A stretch of DNA of 32,000 nucleotides, from NCBI RefSeq assembly GCF_003003885.1, contig NZ_PVWN01000003.1:136520-168519 (forward strand), written 5' to 3'. Positions 1 through 9,945 of the stretch are shown one piece after another. The position numbers were made by a program, and so were the translations under genes. The stretch's first letter is position 1. Every line of letters starts with the position of its first letter. The DNA is from Chlorogloea sp. CCALA 695. GTDB taxonomy: Bacteria; Cyanobacteriota; Cyanobacteriia; Cyanobacteriales; Chroococcidiopsidaceae. A model generated the notes under the pieces. The model was not told where the DNA came from and searched no databases. It saw only the letters and a program-made list of their open reading frames with translations.

Positions 1-107
1 ATTAACTGCTACCGATGACCACGTAGACAAAAAAAATAACTTCAGAAATTATCAAGTCGTAGTCTGACTAATATCCTGTAAACAAACTAATTATCTAGAT
101 TTAACGT

Positions 108-1838
108 ATGTCTTCCGACCAAACAACACCTCAAAGTAACTCAAATCTAGATGAACTTCGTGCTGCCAGAATAGAGAAAATAGCGCAACTCCAACAGGCG
201 GGGATAAATCCTTATGCTTATAATTGGGAATCAACCCATCATGCGGCGCAACTCCAGGAAATGTATGCAGAGTTGGCAAGTGGTGAGGAAGTAGATGTTA
301 ATGTAGCGATCGCGGGTAGAATAATGGCGCGGCGAGTTTTTGGTAAGCTGGCTTTTTTTACCTTGCAAGATGAAACCGGGATTATTCAGCTATACCTAGA
401 CAAAAATCGCATCTCCGAAAGCATGGCAGATACTGATTCTGATGCTTTTAACCACCTCAAGCAACTAACCGATATCGGGGATATTATCGGCGTTAAAGGC
501 ACAATTAAGCGTACAGAAAAAGGGGAATTATCGGTTTATGTTCATCAATACACCATATTAACCAAGTCACTTTTACCATTACCCGATAAATGGCACGGAT
601 TAACTGATACAGAAAAGCGTTATCGCCAAAGGTATGTAGATTTAATTGTTAACCCCCAAGTGCGACAAACTTTTCGTCGTCGCGCTCAAATTACCGCCGC
701 ATTACGACGTTATTTAGACAATTTGGGCTTTATTGAAATTGAAACCCCCGTACTACAATCTGAAGCTGGGGGAGCGGATGCGCGTCCTTTCATCACCTAT
801 CACAACACTCTTGAGATGGAGTTGTATTTGCGGATTGCGACAGAGTTACATTTAAAGCGGCTAATTGTCGGTGGCTTTGAAAAAGTCTTTGAATTAGGGC
901 GAATTTTCCGCAATGAAGGCGTTTCAACAAGGCATAATCCCGAATTTACAACCATTGAACTGTATCAAGCATACGCAGACTACTTTGATATGATGGCGCT
1001 AACAGAAAATGCGATCGCAAGTGTCACAGAAGAAGTATTAGGTACATTGCAAATCAACTACCAAGGTCAAGAAATTGACTTTAGCTTACCTTGGCGCAGA
1101 GTCACCATGCACCAAGTAGTACAAGATGCCACAGGTTTAGATTTTAGTTCTTTTTCTACCTTCGCAGAAGCAAAAGCCGCTACAGAAAAGGCAGGAATTA
1201 CAGTTTCTCCCGAAGTAAATTCTATTGGACGCTTGCTAAACGAAGTCTTCGAGGAAAAGGTTGAGACAACATTAATTCAACCTACATTTATCACAGATTA
1301 TCCCGTCGAAATTTCACCTTTAGCTAAACCCCATCGTTCGCAACCTGGCTTAGTAGAGCGTTTTGAGCTATTTATAGTAGGTAGAGAGACAGCTAATAGT
1401 TTTTCTGAGCTTACCGACCCCATCGATCAACGTCAACGCTTAGAAGCCCAAGCAGCACGTAAAGCCGAGGGAGACTTAGAAGCACAGGGAGTAGACGAAG
1501 ACTTTTTGACCGCCTTAGAGTACGGAATGCCGCCTACTGGGGGTTTAGGGATTGGAATCGATCGCTTAGTAATGGTATTAACAGATTGTGCCAGTATTCG
1601 AGATGCGATCGCATTTCCGTTATTGAAAAGTTCTAGCAGCTTTGTTAAAGAGCATAATTACGACGTTGCAACTCAAATATTAACTATAAAGTTCAACAAT
1701 GGCAGCATCTACAAGTATCAAGATGTTCCGGTGAGTATTGCTCAAGGATTAGAAACTGCAACATCCGCAGGACAATACTTTAACGAAAGTATTAAGGAGA
1801 AATATGCTTTTGACCAGGTGCGTTTAAGTAGTAGTTAG
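108..1838 (+). CDS. lysS: Lysine--tRNA ligase (class II) with C-terminal KTSC-domain extension
   Basis: 576-aa ORF with class II aaRS core ([32 protein letters not shown]) and an OB-fold anticodon-binding N-terminus. A ~70-aa tail after AFPLLK ([25 protein letters not shown]) resembles the KTSC domain. Confidence 0.95.
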   Translation: MSSDQTTPQSNSNLDELRAARIEKIAQLQQAGINPYAYNWESTHHAAQLQEMYAELASGEEVDVNVAIAGRIMARRVFGKLAFFTLQDETGIIQLYLDKNRISESMADTDSDAFNHLKQLTDIGDIIGVKGTIKRTEKGELSVYVHQYTILTKSLLPLPDKWHGLTDTEKRYRQRYVDLIVNPQVRQTFRRRAQITAALRRYLDNLGFIEIETPVLQSEAGGADARPFITYHNTLEMELYLRIATELHLKRLIVGGFEKVFELGRIFRNEGVSTRHNPEFTTIELYQAYADYFDMMALTENAIASVTEEVLGTLQINYQGQEIDFSLPWRRVTMHQVVQDATGLDFSSFSTFAEAKAATEKAGITVSPEVNSIGRLLNEVFEEKVETTLIQPTFITDYPVEISPLAKPHRSQPGLVERFELFIVGRETANSFSELTDPIDQRQRLEAQAARKAEGDLEAQGVDEDFLTALEYGMPPTGGLGIGIDRLVMVLTDCASIRDAIAFPLLKSSSSFVKEHNYDVATQILTIKFNNGSIYKYQDVPVSIAQGLETATSAGQYFNESIKEKYAFDQVRLSSS

Positions 1839-1849
1839 GGAGTGTAAAG

Positions 1850-2287
1850 ATGTTAGCAATTCGACTTTACACTGATACCGATCTTGATAACGTAGTAGCC
1901 CTTTGGTATCGGAGTTGGACACACGCTTTTCCTGAACTTAACCACCCTCAGCCTTTCGAGCAATGGAAATCCCGGTTCCAAAATGACTACGCGAAGCAAG
2001 GTGGTGTTTGGATTGCAACGGATCAAGGTCAAATTGTTGGTTTTGTCGTTGTGAGCAATGATGTAATTGCCCAGATATTTGTAGAGGTGGAAATGCAGAA
2101 TCGTGGGATTGGAACGGGCTTGCTAAATCATGCAAAGAGCCTGTATCCAAATGGATTAAGCTTAACAACCCTTAAGCGAAATGACCAGGCACAGCAATTT
2201 TATGAAAAACATGGGTTTGTAGCTGGAACAGCCGGAGTCAATCTAGTCAATGGACAACCTAGTATCAACTATGATTGGAAGCCCTAA
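1850..2287 (+). CDS. GNAT family N-acetyltransferase
   Basis: 145 aa with acetyl-CoA motif A (QIFVEVEMQNRGIGTGLL) and a C-terminal FYEKHGF motif. Starts 11 bp after lysS. Confidence 0.8.
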   Translation: MLAIRLYTDTDLDNVVALWYRSWTHAFPELNHPQPFEQWKSRFQNDYAKQGGVWIATDQGQIVGFVVVSNDVIAQIFVEVEMQNRGIGTGLLNHAKSLYPNGLSLTTLKRNDQAQQFYEKHGFVAGTAGVNLVNGQPSINYDWKP

Positions 2288-2394
2288 AGTGTGGCAGCAG
2301 AATAATTAGCTCTGAGCGGAATGCTTCACGAGCCTCGTACATTTGGTTATATTGCTCTAGTATGTTGAATTTTTGACTAGCGGTTGAGTACAAA

Positions 2395-2514
2395 GTGCGA
2401 TAGCGCAAGCGCGCCCGTTACCGGGCTTCGCATCTCCAAAAATAATAGCTAAGACTTCGCTGTATAACAAATACAGTAGTTGATTGTAGGCGATCGCATT
2501 TCTTGCAAAGATAC
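2395..2514. repeat. Dispersed intergenic repeat, copy A (SDR/MITE-like)
   Basis: Shares the core GGGCTTCGCATCTCCAAAAATAATAGCTAAGACTTCGC..GTTGATT..GCGATCGCA..TTGCAAAGAT with copies at 3091-3210 and 3975-4064. Confidence 0.8.
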
Positions 2515-2575
2515 TCAAAACTACAGGTAAAATTAGGAAGTTGTAGGAAATTGCAGTGCTTGCTGCTACTAAGTT

Positions 2576-2800
2576 ATGACTGAATTGCTTCGACAAGCGA
2601 TTTCTCTTATTGAGAAACTTCCAGCCGAACAACAAAATGCGATCGCAACTCAGCTTCTGGCAGATTTGCAAGACGACCAAAAATGGGAACCTCGTTTTGC
2701 AGCGACGACCGACGATCAGTGGGATCGAATGGCGGCAATGGTTCGGCAAGAAATCGCCAGTGGCGAAACAGTGACCCTTGATACTGTTTTCCTTGCTTAA
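2576..2800 (+). CDS. Putative type II antitoxin (small acidic protein upstream of toxin)
   Basis: 74-aa ORF ending 2 bp before the toxin-like ORF. The size, order and spacing are typical of a cyanobacterial TA pair. No family assignment is possible by eye. Confidence 0.5.
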   Translation: MTELLRQAISLIEKLPAEQQNAIATQLLADLQDDQKWEPRFAATTDDQWDRMAAMVRQEIASGETVTLDTVFLA

Positions 2801-2802
2801 AA

Positions 2803-3072
2803 ATGGAATCGAGTGTAACCAAAACATTTCGCAAACAACTTGCCTTACTTCCGGCATCGGTTCAAGAGCAAGCGGTTAAAGCCTATGGGATCTGGATTGA
2901 AGATCCCTATCACCCCAGTCTTCAATTTAAACGAGTCAGTCAAAGACAGCCGATCTATTCTGCCCGTGTCAGTCTTAACTATCGTGTTCTAGGTTTGTTG
3001 GAGTCTGATCGTATTTACTGGTAATGGATTGGCGCACATGATGAGTATGATGAGTTACTTCAACGGATGTAG
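2803..3072 (+). pseudogene. RelE/ParE-superfamily-like toxin interrupted by in-frame TAA
   Basis: The ORF reads ...LLESDRIYW then TAA (3022-3024), then continues in the same frame as WIGAHDEYDELLQRM to TAG (3070-3072). The W-x-W-I-G-x-H-x-E-Y tail is the usual conserved C-terminus of this small toxin family. Confidence 0.5.
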
Positions 3073-3090
3073 ACTAGCGTGGATTGTGAA

Positions 3091-3210
3091 GCGCGCAGGG
3101 CTTTGCACTTCCAAAAATAATAGCTAAGACTTTGCCGTACAGCAAGCTTAGTGGTTGATTACGTGCGATAGCGCAAGCGCGCACGCAGGGCTTCGCATTG
3201 CCAAAGATCC
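3091..3210. repeat. Dispersed intergenic repeat, copy B (about 1.4 units)
   Basis: GCGCGCAGGGCTTTGCACTTCCAAAAATAATAGCTAAGACTTTGCCGTACAGC..GTTGATTACGTGCGATAGCGCAAGCGCGCACGCAGGGCTTCGCATTGCCAAAGATCC. The unit restarts at about 3163. Confidence 0.8.
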
Positions 3211-3295
3211 ATGAATATCAAGGGCTTAATCCGTCACGCATCCATCACATATTCGATCTGGTAGACTGAAGGCATTGATTGGGCTAAGTTGACCT

Positions 3296-3922
3296 ATGAC
3301 TATTGCAATCGATCAACCAATACAACAGAAGCTACTCAGCTTTGACGATTTTCTCGCCCGTTATGGTGGCAATAACCGCTATGAACTGATTGATGGAGAG
3401 GTCTTTGACTTGGAGCCAACAGGACTACACGAAGAAATTGCAGCCTTCATCACTACAAAAATCTGTGTCCAGATAGACAAAACAAGCTTACCTTGGTTTG
3501 TCCTTCAACGGGGATTATTGCGCCCTTCTAACATGGGTATGACAGCGTTTAGACCTGATGTTGCAGTTGTCAATCGAGATGAACTGACCGAGGAACTGCT
3601 TTGGTTTGACCAGTCGATCCTGACGCTGGGTAGTTCGATAAAATTTGTGGCGGAAGTTGTAAGTAGCAATTGGCAAAATGATTATGCCCGTAAGGTCGAA
3701 GACTATGCGGCTCTGAGCATTTCTGAATATTGGATTGCAGATTATGCAGCTTTAGGTGGTACTCGACACATTGGGAAGCCCAAACAACCTACTCTCTCTG
3801 TCTGTACGTTAATGAATGGGGAGTATGAAATTCAGCAGTTTCGGGGCAATCAGACTATCGTTTCTCTAACCTTCCCAGATTTAAAGCTGACGGCTGAAAA
3901 GGTGTTGAGGGCTGGTAGGTAA
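3296..3922 (+). CDS. Uma2 family (DUF820) PD-(D/E)xK endonuclease
   Basis: 208 aa with the typical Uma2 layout: FDDFLARYGGNNRYELIDGEV near the N-terminus, PDVAVV, EVVS, and a C-terminal EYWIADY motif. Confidence 0.8.
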   Translation: MTIAIDQPIQQKLLSFDDFLARYGGNNRYELIDGEVFDLEPTGLHEEIAAFITTKICVQIDKTSLPWFVLQRGLLRPSNMGMTAFRPDVAVVNRDELTEELLWFDQSILTLGSSIKFVAEVVSSNWQNDYARKVEDYAALSISEYWIADYAALGGTRHIGKPKQPTLSVCTLMNGEYEIQQFRGNQTIVSLTFPDLKLTAEKVLRAGR

Positions 3923-3974
3923 AATCGACATAATTCGATACTCTGATGAATGTGCGAGCAATAAATATTAACAA

Positions 3975-4064
3975 GCGATCGCACTTCCAAAAATAATAGT
4001 CAAAACTTCGCGGTATAAAAATCAGTCCTTGATTACGTGCGAAGTCTTTTCTTGCAAAAATACT
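3975..4064. repeat. Dispersed intergenic repeat, copy C
   Basis: GCGATCGCACTTCCAAAAATAATAGTCAAAACTTCGCGGTATAAAAATCAGTCCTTGATTACGTGCGAAGTCTTTTCTTGCAAAAATAC aligns to copies A and B. Confidence 0.75.
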
Positions 4065-4144
4065 AGATAAATTGGGTGGGAGAGGCGATCGCGCTAAGTA
4101 TCGTTAAAATAACCGTATAACTTTGCTTTTGCCAAACATTTATT

Positions 4145-4357
4145 ATGGTTTCCCAGCAAATTGAAGCTCAATCTTCACACATCGAATTGAGAGTTGCAAC
4201 TTTAGAAACAGAACTAGCACAAATGAAACAGATGCTTTCTGTAATTGTTGAGAAAAAAGATCCTTGGTGGCTAAAAGTTGCTGGTAGCTTTGAAAACGAT
4301 CCTACCTTTGATGAAGCCATCCGCCTCGGACAAGAATGGCGTAAATCGGCGCAATAG
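4145..4357 (+). CDS. Small antitoxin-like protein (coiled-coil N-terminus, WW..AG.F..DP..DEA..G tail)
   Basis: 70-aa ORF. The C-terminal motif DPWWLKVAGSFENDPTFDEAIRLGQEWRK is common in cyanobacterial antitoxins that precede PIN/VapC toxins. Confidence 0.4.
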   Translation: MVSQQIEAQSSHIELRVATLETELAQMKQMLSVIVEKKDPWWLKVAGSFENDPTFDEAIRLGQEWRKSAQ

Positions 4358-4366
4358 CTCGTTGCC

Positions 4367-4438
4367 ATGTATATTTTTGACTCAAAATATTGCCTTAGTT
4401 CCGGCTTTTTACTAGATTGGCAACCCAAATATCTATAA
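4367..4438 (+). pseudogene. Possible remnant of a PIN (VapC-like) toxin gene (first ~23 codons only)
   Basis: ATG 9 bp after the antitoxin stop encodes MYIFDSKYCLSSGFLLDWQPKYL then stops. MY(I/L)(F/L)D(S/T) is the usual VapC N-terminus with the first catalytic Asp. Confidence 0.25.
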
Positions 4439-4609
4439 TAGGCAATTTACGCGCTCAGTTTAGCAAAAGTAAGGGTGCACGCCGCGATTAAAGCAAAAGT
4501 CAAAAAACTTTTAGTCAAACAGAAACACGTTGACGAAAAAAACGTCATAGATTAGGAATGGTTGCAAAACTAAAAAAAAGAGTCGTTTAACGAAATCAAC
4601 AGGGGTTTT

Positions 4610-5365
4610 ATGTCACCAAACAAGTTTAAGTTTCCAGTAAAAAGTTTGAGTTTAGTTGTCGGCGCGGCTTTGATGCTCGGACAAAATAGCCTAATAGCTA
4701 ATGCTCAAACCCCCGCCGATGTAGTGGTCGATACTGGCTCCAACGGTGGCTCTAATAGCGGCTCTAATAGCGGCACAAACCCTATTTACGATCGCAATAC
4801 TCGTTTTGCTTGCGAGTCTACTAGCGGTCAATACACCGTGATGTACTTCCCCGAAAGCCAACCCAATCAATCTTTTGCTTGGGCAACTCCTTCAGCTTTA
4901 GGCGGTGGGTGGAGTCCTCAAAAACGTTGCAACGAAATTGCTAGAAGATTAGAGCAGTATAGACCAGACGGCTTAATTGAACTAACTACCAGTGTCGAAA
5001 ATGGCTACAATACCGTTTGCGTAACTACCGAGCAAGTTCCCACTTGTCGGATTGTTTTAACTGTACCCCCCGGACAAGATCCTTTAACTACCCGCGATCG
5101 CGTTTTTGAAAATTTGACTGTAGCCGATAGCGGACAGCAAACTCAAGGAGTTTATACCTACTCCGCCGGACGAGGAAACTCTCAAGTAGACCAACTAATA
5201 AATAGAGGGAGAGCGATTTTAGGCGGCTCAAATAATAGCCAACAGAGTAATGCTATCAATCTGCGACCATTTTTAGATCGCGCTGATGGCGGAACGGGTG
5301 CAATGCTAAATAACGGCGTACCAGCAAAAACCCAACGCCAGCTAAAACCTGGTAGTTTCCGTTAG
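4610..5365 (+). CDS. Secreted COP23-like (circadian oscillating protein) domain protein
   Basis: 251 aa with a signal peptide (KSLSLVVGAALMLGQNSLIANAQ) and a GSNS low-complexity linker. The Cys-containing core FACE..GQYTVMY..W..P..RC..IA.R...NGYNTVCV...C matches my recollection of the COP23 family. Confidence 0.55.
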   Translation: MSPNKFKFPVKSLSLVVGAALMLGQNSLIANAQTPADVVVDTGSNGGSNSGSNSGTNPIYDRNTRFACESTSGQYTVMYFPESQPNQSFAWATPSALGGGWSPQKRCNEIARRLEQYRPDGLIELTTSVENGYNTVCVTTEQVPTCRIVLTVPPGQDPLTTRDRVFENLTVADSGQQTQGVYTYSAGRGNSQVDQLINRGRAILGGSNNSQQSNAINLRPFLDRADGGTGAMLNNGVPAKTQRQLKPGSFR

Positions 5366-5380
5366 TCCGCTATTTAATTT

Positions 5381-5423
5381 GCCAGAGTAAGTTAAATTTG
5401 AGTAGAAATTAACTTACTCTGGC
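5381..5423 (+). terminator. Perfect 15-bp stem hairpin downstream of the COP23-like gene
   Basis: GCCAGAGTAAGTTAA (5381-5395) pairs with TTAACTTACTCTGGC (5409-5423) around a 13-nt loop. No U-tract follows, so its terminator function is inferred only. Confidence 0.45.
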
Positions 5424-5433
5424 TCAACTAAAA

Positions 5434-5931
5434 ATGTTTAATCGACAACGTATTGAACCCCAGCCTGGTCAAGAATCCGTATGGGATTACCCACGCCCCC
5501 CGCGCTTAGAAGATACAAATAAGCACATTCAAATTATATTTAACGATATTGCGATCGCCGATACCCATCAGGCAAAGCGGGTACTCGAAACAAGTCATCC
5601 ACCTGTTTATTACATTCCGCCCTGCGATATATTAATCGAGCATTTAGTATTAATGCCTCATTCTAGTTGGTGCGAGTGGAAAGGTAGAGCCGCCTACTAC
5701 ACCGTATTAGCTGGCGAAAAACAAGAACAAAATGCCGCTTGGTATTATCCAGCGCCTACAACAGAATTTGCAGACATCAAAGATTATGTAGCTTTTTATC
5801 CGCACTTAATGGATGCTTGCTATGTTGACGGCGAGAAAGTGCAGCCCCAACCCGGCGATTTTTACGGTGGTTGGGTTACAAGCGATATTATCGGCCCATT
5901 CAAGGGCGGAGCCGGAACTTGGGGTTGGTAG
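5434..5931 (+). CDS. DUF427 domain protein
   Basis: 165 aa. ESVWDYPRPP, HPPVYYIP, CEWKGRAAYY and AWYYPAPT are signature stretches of DUF427. Confidence 0.7.
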   Translation: MFNRQRIEPQPGQESVWDYPRPPRLEDTNKHIQIIFNDIAIADTHQAKRVLETSHPPVYYIPPCDILIEHLVLMPHSSWCEWKGRAAYYTVLAGEKQEQNAAWYYPAPTTEFADIKDYVAFYPHLMDACYVDGEKVQPQPGDFYGGWVTSDIIGPFKGGAGTWGW

Positions 5932-6010
5932 TTCAAGCTTTTTTAAACGCCCTTTGCCAAATAACATAGAAACAGAAATAGAGCAGGCGATCGCTCAAAA
6001 TCACAAACCA

Positions 6011-7453
6011 TTACTTTAATTCCATCGCCTGTTGCAACCTTGACTTGTCTTGTCCAAGCTGATGCAGAATTAACCAAGATTGCATTAAATCTGGCCCGTG
6101 CATAGCTTTTGTTAAGGCGGCTCTCAAACTCCGCATTACTAAGCCTTTTTTGACATTTTTCTCTTTGACAACTTGTTTAATAATTTCTTGGATGGCTGCT
6201 TCATCAAATTCTGAGGTGTTATTCAAAGCATCAAGGATACCTTGTAAAACGTTACTGGCTCCCTCTTGCTGCAAGGCACTAGCCGCTTCCGAGCTATATT
6301 CCAGCGATTTAAGAAAAAATAGCTTAGTCATGTCTACAGCATCGGGGAGGCGAGTTAGACTAGCACCAATTAAACTTGTAACTTGTTCAAGCCAAGGGCG
6401 ATCGCCTGTTGGATCAAATTCGTACCCAGCTTTTTGCCAGTAAGGAATCAACAAGTCTGTCAGCTTGCTTACAGGCATACTATGCAAGTATTGACTATTG
6501 AGCCAATCTAGTTTGTCCCAGTCAAATTTTGCCCCAGCTTTATTAACTCGCTCAAACCCAAATTGCTGCGCGGCGGTTGCTAGATCAAATATTTCTTGAG
6601 TCGAATCTGGAGGCGACCAACCGAGCAATGTCATGTAGTTTACCAATGCTTCGGGGACAAAGCCCATTTCTTTGAAGTCAAAAATTGAAGTGACACCATC
6701 GCGCTTAGACAGCTTTTTGCCTTCTATGTTCAAAATCAAAGGTGTGTGAGCAAATTGGGGAATTGTTGCATCCATTGCTTCGTACAACAATATTTGTTTA
6801 GCCGTATTAGCAATATGATCCTCTCCCCGAATCACATGACTAATTTGCATATCAATGTCATCAATAACCACTGCAAAGTTGTACAAAGCTTGCCCAATCT
6901 CATTTTCGGCAGCACGAGCAATCACCATATCGCCCCCCAAATCGCTACCGCGCCAACTCATTTGTCCGCGTACCATGTCATTCCAAACAATTTCGCGATT
7001 GTCTTCTATTTTGAAACGTATTACCGGGTGACGACCTTGGGCGACAAAAGCCGCTTGTTGCTCGGTAGTTAAGTTACGATGGCGATTGTCATAGCGGGGT
7101 GCTTCGTTTCTAGCTTTTTGCTGTTCCCGCATTTCTCCTAATTCTGCTTCACTGGTATAGCAGTAGTAAGCCAATCCTTTATCTAGTAGGGTTTTAACCC
7201 CTTCTTTGTACATTTCTAAGCGCTTTGACTGGTAAAAAGGCCCTTCATCCCAAGTTAGTCCTAGCCATTGCAAGCCATCAAATATATTTTGGGTATATTC
7301 ATCACGTGATCGCTCGACATCTGTATCTTCAATTCGCAAAATAAACGTACCGCCCTGATTACGGGCGTATAACCAATTAAATACAGCAGTTCTCGCCGTG
7401 CCAATGTGTAGGTTTCCGGTAGGACTTGGAGCAATGCGGACGCGAACAGTCAT
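6011..7453 (-). CDS. gltX: Glutamate--tRNA ligase
   Basis: 480 aa with HIGH motif ([14 protein letters not shown]), KMSKS-type motif (KLSKRDG) and a class I catalytic core. Confidence 0.95.
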   Translation of the reverse strand: MTVRVRIAPSPTGNLHIGTARTAVFNWLYARNQGGTFILRIEDTDVERSRDEYTQNIFDGLQWLGLTWDEGPFYQSKRLEMYKEGVKTLLDKGLAYYCYTSEAELGEMREQQKARNEAPRYDNRHRNLTTEQQAAFVAQGRHPVIRFKIEDNREIVWNDMVRGQMSWRGSDLGGDMVIARAAENEIGQALYNFAVVIDDIDMQISHVIRGEDHIANTAKQILLYEAMDATIPQFAHTPLILNIEGKKLSKRDGVTSIFDFKEMGFVPEALVNYMTLLGWSPPDSTQEIFDLATAAQQFGFERVNKAGAKFDWDKLDWLNSQYLHSMPVSKLTDLLIPYWQKAGYEFDPTGDRPWLEQVTSLIGASLTRLPDAVDMTKLFFLKSLEYSSEAASALQQEGASNVLQGILDALNNTSEFDEAAIQEIIKQVVKEKNVKKGLVMRSLRAALTKAMHGPDLMQSWLILHQLGQDKSRLQQAMELK

Positions 7454-7601
7454 AGATTAAGGTTAAATCAACAAATATAATTTTGTTCTATTCTAAACCG
7501 GAACGGTAAGAACTAATTAGTAACTCTCCAATGGCGATCTGTTCTCATATTTCGCTACTATTAACGCCTAGAAAGGCAATTTTGTGTAGAGGAATGAAGT
7601 A

Positions 7602-8597
7602 ATGAGGACACTATACTTTTTAGTCCCTGGTTTGGGTGCTAAATTTGCCTGTGGTGGTTTGTGGGCGGAGTTAAAAACCTTTAACCTGGCTAAACAAGTT
7701 TGTAACTCCGAAGTTGTGACTTATCGTCAACGAGAAAAAGATACTTTATTTATTGATGAAGTCCTGCAAAATAAAGACTTAGACCAGGGAATTTTTGTAA
7801 TTAGTTGGGGCTTTGATATTGCTAAACTTGTTGCCAAGTTAAAGTCGTACAATGTCGTCTATCATGCCCACAGCGCAGGTTATAAGTTTAATTTGCCTGC
7901 AAATATGCCGATTATTACTGTTAGCCGCAATACTATGGGTTATTGGGGGCAAAAGTCACCAAACTCGCTGATTTATTACTTACCTAATCAAATTAGTGCA
8001 GAATTTAGCAATTTTTCCCTCGAACGCGATATTGATGTTTTGGTGCAAAAACGCAAGTCTTCGGAGTATTTGATGCAACAATTAATACCAACGTTGCAAA
8101 AAAAGTGTAATGTCTATGTAGTTGATTCCTACGTGGAAGATTTGGCAAAGTTATTTAATCGCGCCAAAGTTTATCTTTACGATTCTGCCGAATATTGGGC
8201 ATTGCAAGGAGTTAGCGAAGGCTTCGGACTGCAACCATTGGAAGCAATGGCGTGTGGATGTCAGGTTTTTTCGAGTATTAATCATGGATTGTCTGATTAT
8301 TTAGATCCGGGTTTTAATTGCTACAAAATTGCTGGGTACTCCCAACACTACGATGTGCAACGTATATTAAAAGTAATAGAAAGTCCTTTAGAATTTAATT
8401 TGCCAGAATATATCTTAAATGAGTATCGAGTAGAAAATATTACTCAACGGCTACAAGTAATTCTCCAAGATATCAATAACTTTTTTGACGGCAAAAATTC
8501 TTACAGCGCTGATATTAAAAGCTTGACAAGAATTCAAACTACTAAGTTATTTGCCCAAAGTACACTCAATAAGCTGAAAAAAAGGTTATCTAAGTAA
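7602..8597 (+). CDS. Glycosyltransferase (GT-B fold, GT4-like C-terminal domain)
   Basis: 331 aa. EGFGLQPLEAMACGCQVFSS is the canonical GT1/GT4 nucleotide-sugar binding motif. Confidence 0.6.
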   Translation: MRTLYFLVPGLGAKFACGGLWAELKTFNLAKQVCNSEVVTYRQREKDTLFIDEVLQNKDLDQGIFVISWGFDIAKLVAKLKSYNVVYHAHSAGYKFNLPANMPIITVSRNTMGYWGQKSPNSLIYYLPNQISAEFSNFSLERDIDVLVQKRKSSEYLMQQLIPTLQKKCNVYVVDSYVEDLAKLFNRAKVYLYDSAEYWALQGVSEGFGLQPLEAMACGCQVFSSINHGLSDYLDPGFNCYKIAGYSQHYDVQRILKVIESPLEFNLPEYILNEYRVENITQRLQVILQDINNFFDGKNSYSADIKSLTRIQTTKLFAQSTLNKLKKRLSK

Positions 8598-8599
8598 AT

Positions 8600-9820
8600 A
8601 TGGGCAATATGACAAAAATCCGTTCGCGCCTTGCTAATACTCTCAAAAAACCTCGTAAAGATTATTTTAACGAGCAACCCGGTAGTATACCTGGAACTTT
8701 AAATATTGCTGCCGATGCGTCACCATCACAAATTGAGTTAATCGATTACGAAGAGATAAACTATATTCACGAGCAAATAGCTTTGCCAGAAGACTTGATT
8801 CCGTACCTTGACAGTGAATCGGTTTCGTGGGTAGATGTCCAAGGTTTGGGTAGTGAAGATATTTTGCAAAGGATTGGAACAATATTCGCTCTGCATCCAC
8901 TGGTTTTGGAAGATATTGTTAATGTACCTCAACGCCCAAAAGTAGAAGATTACGACGATCAATTGGTGATTATTACTCAAATGGTATTGCCTTTAACTAA
9001 TACTGCTGGCTTTCATCAAGAACAAGTAAGCTTTGTTTTGGGAAAACATTATTTACTGACAGTGCAAGAAGAAGCACAGTACGATTGCTTTAACCAAGTG
9101 CGATCGCGCATTTGCAAGGATAAGGGTATACTCCGTAAGCATGGACCCGATTACTTAGCTTATACACTCATTGATGCGATCATCGATGGTTTTTTCCCAG
9201 TATTAGAAGCTTATGGCGAGCTAATTGAGGAATTAGAAGAAGAAGTAGTAGCAAATCCTACCCGAAAGACTCTAGAAAAAATTTATCGCCTCCGCCGAGA
9301 ATTATTATCGTTGCGTCGGGCAATCTGGCCACAGCGAGACGCTATTAATGCTTTAATTCGAGATGATAGCGACCTAATTAGCGACCATGTGCGCGTTTAT
9401 CTGCGCGACTGTTATGATCACGCAGTTCAAGTTATGGATATGGTAGAAACCTACCGCGAGTTGACTTCAGGCTTGATGGATGTGTATTTATCTGCCGTTG
9501 GTAATAAAATGAACGAAATTATGAAGCTGCTAACAGTAATTTCCTCAATATTTATTCCCTTAACTTTTATTGCCGGAATTTATGGCATGAATTTCAATAC
9601 CGAAAAATCGCCCTGGAATATGCCAGAATTAAATTGGTACTTGGGTTATCCAGGTTGTCTAGCCTTAATGGCAATAATTGGTGGTGGTATGGTGGTTTTC
9701 TTCTGGCGGCGTGGCTGGTTTGAGAATTTTTCGACAATTCAAGACGACTACAACACTAACAACGCAGCACAGGAATTAATGCAAAATCACCCCAATCGTT
9801 CTAAAAAAATCCGGCGTTAA
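8600..9820 (+). CDS. corA: CorA family magnesium/cobalt transporter
   Basis: 406 aa with a YGMNF motif (AGIYGMNFNT) between two C-terminal TM helices and a long cytoplasmic N-domain. Confidence 0.9.
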   Translation: MGNMTKIRSRLANTLKKPRKDYFNEQPGSIPGTLNIAADASPSQIELIDYEEINYIHEQIALPEDLIPYLDSESVSWVDVQGLGSEDILQRIGTIFALHPLVLEDIVNVPQRPKVEDYDDQLVIITQMVLPLTNTAGFHQEQVSFVLGKHYLLTVQEEAQYDCFNQVRSRICKDKGILRKHGPDYLAYTLIDAIIDGFFPVLEAYGELIEELEEEVVANPTRKTLEKIYRLRRELLSLRRAIWPQRDAINALIRDDSDLISDHVRVYLRDCYDHAVQVMDMVETYRELTSGLMDVYLSAVGNKMNEIMKLLTVISSIFIPLTFIAGIYGMNFNTEKSPWNMPELNWYLGYPGCLALMAIIGGGMVVFFWRRGWFENFSTIQDDYNTNNAAQELMQNHPNRSKKIRR

Positions 9821-9945
9821 AACTAAACTTAGCAGCAATTAGGCTCTAAACTCGGAAAATAGTTGTACCTGTCGAAGGTGATGATTTTAGAGATATATTG
9901 TTAAAATTGGTAACAAAGATGAAAAGTTAGGGCATTGTAACTGTT

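Noticed and set aside
2357-2857. 166-aa minus-strand ORF spanning the repeat copy and the antitoxin region
   Set aside because: It is built largely from the dispersed repeat and is antisense to the better-supported TA pair. The sequence is low-complexity and Cys/Phe-rich with no recognisable motifs.
5813-6019. 68-aa ORF overlapping the DUF427 3' end
   Set aside because: It is out of frame with the well-supported DUF427 gene and runs into the convergent gltX stop. Likely spurious.
6150-7072. Plus-strand ORFs (97 and 108 aa) within gltX
   Set aside because: They are antisense shadow ORFs of the GluRS gene.
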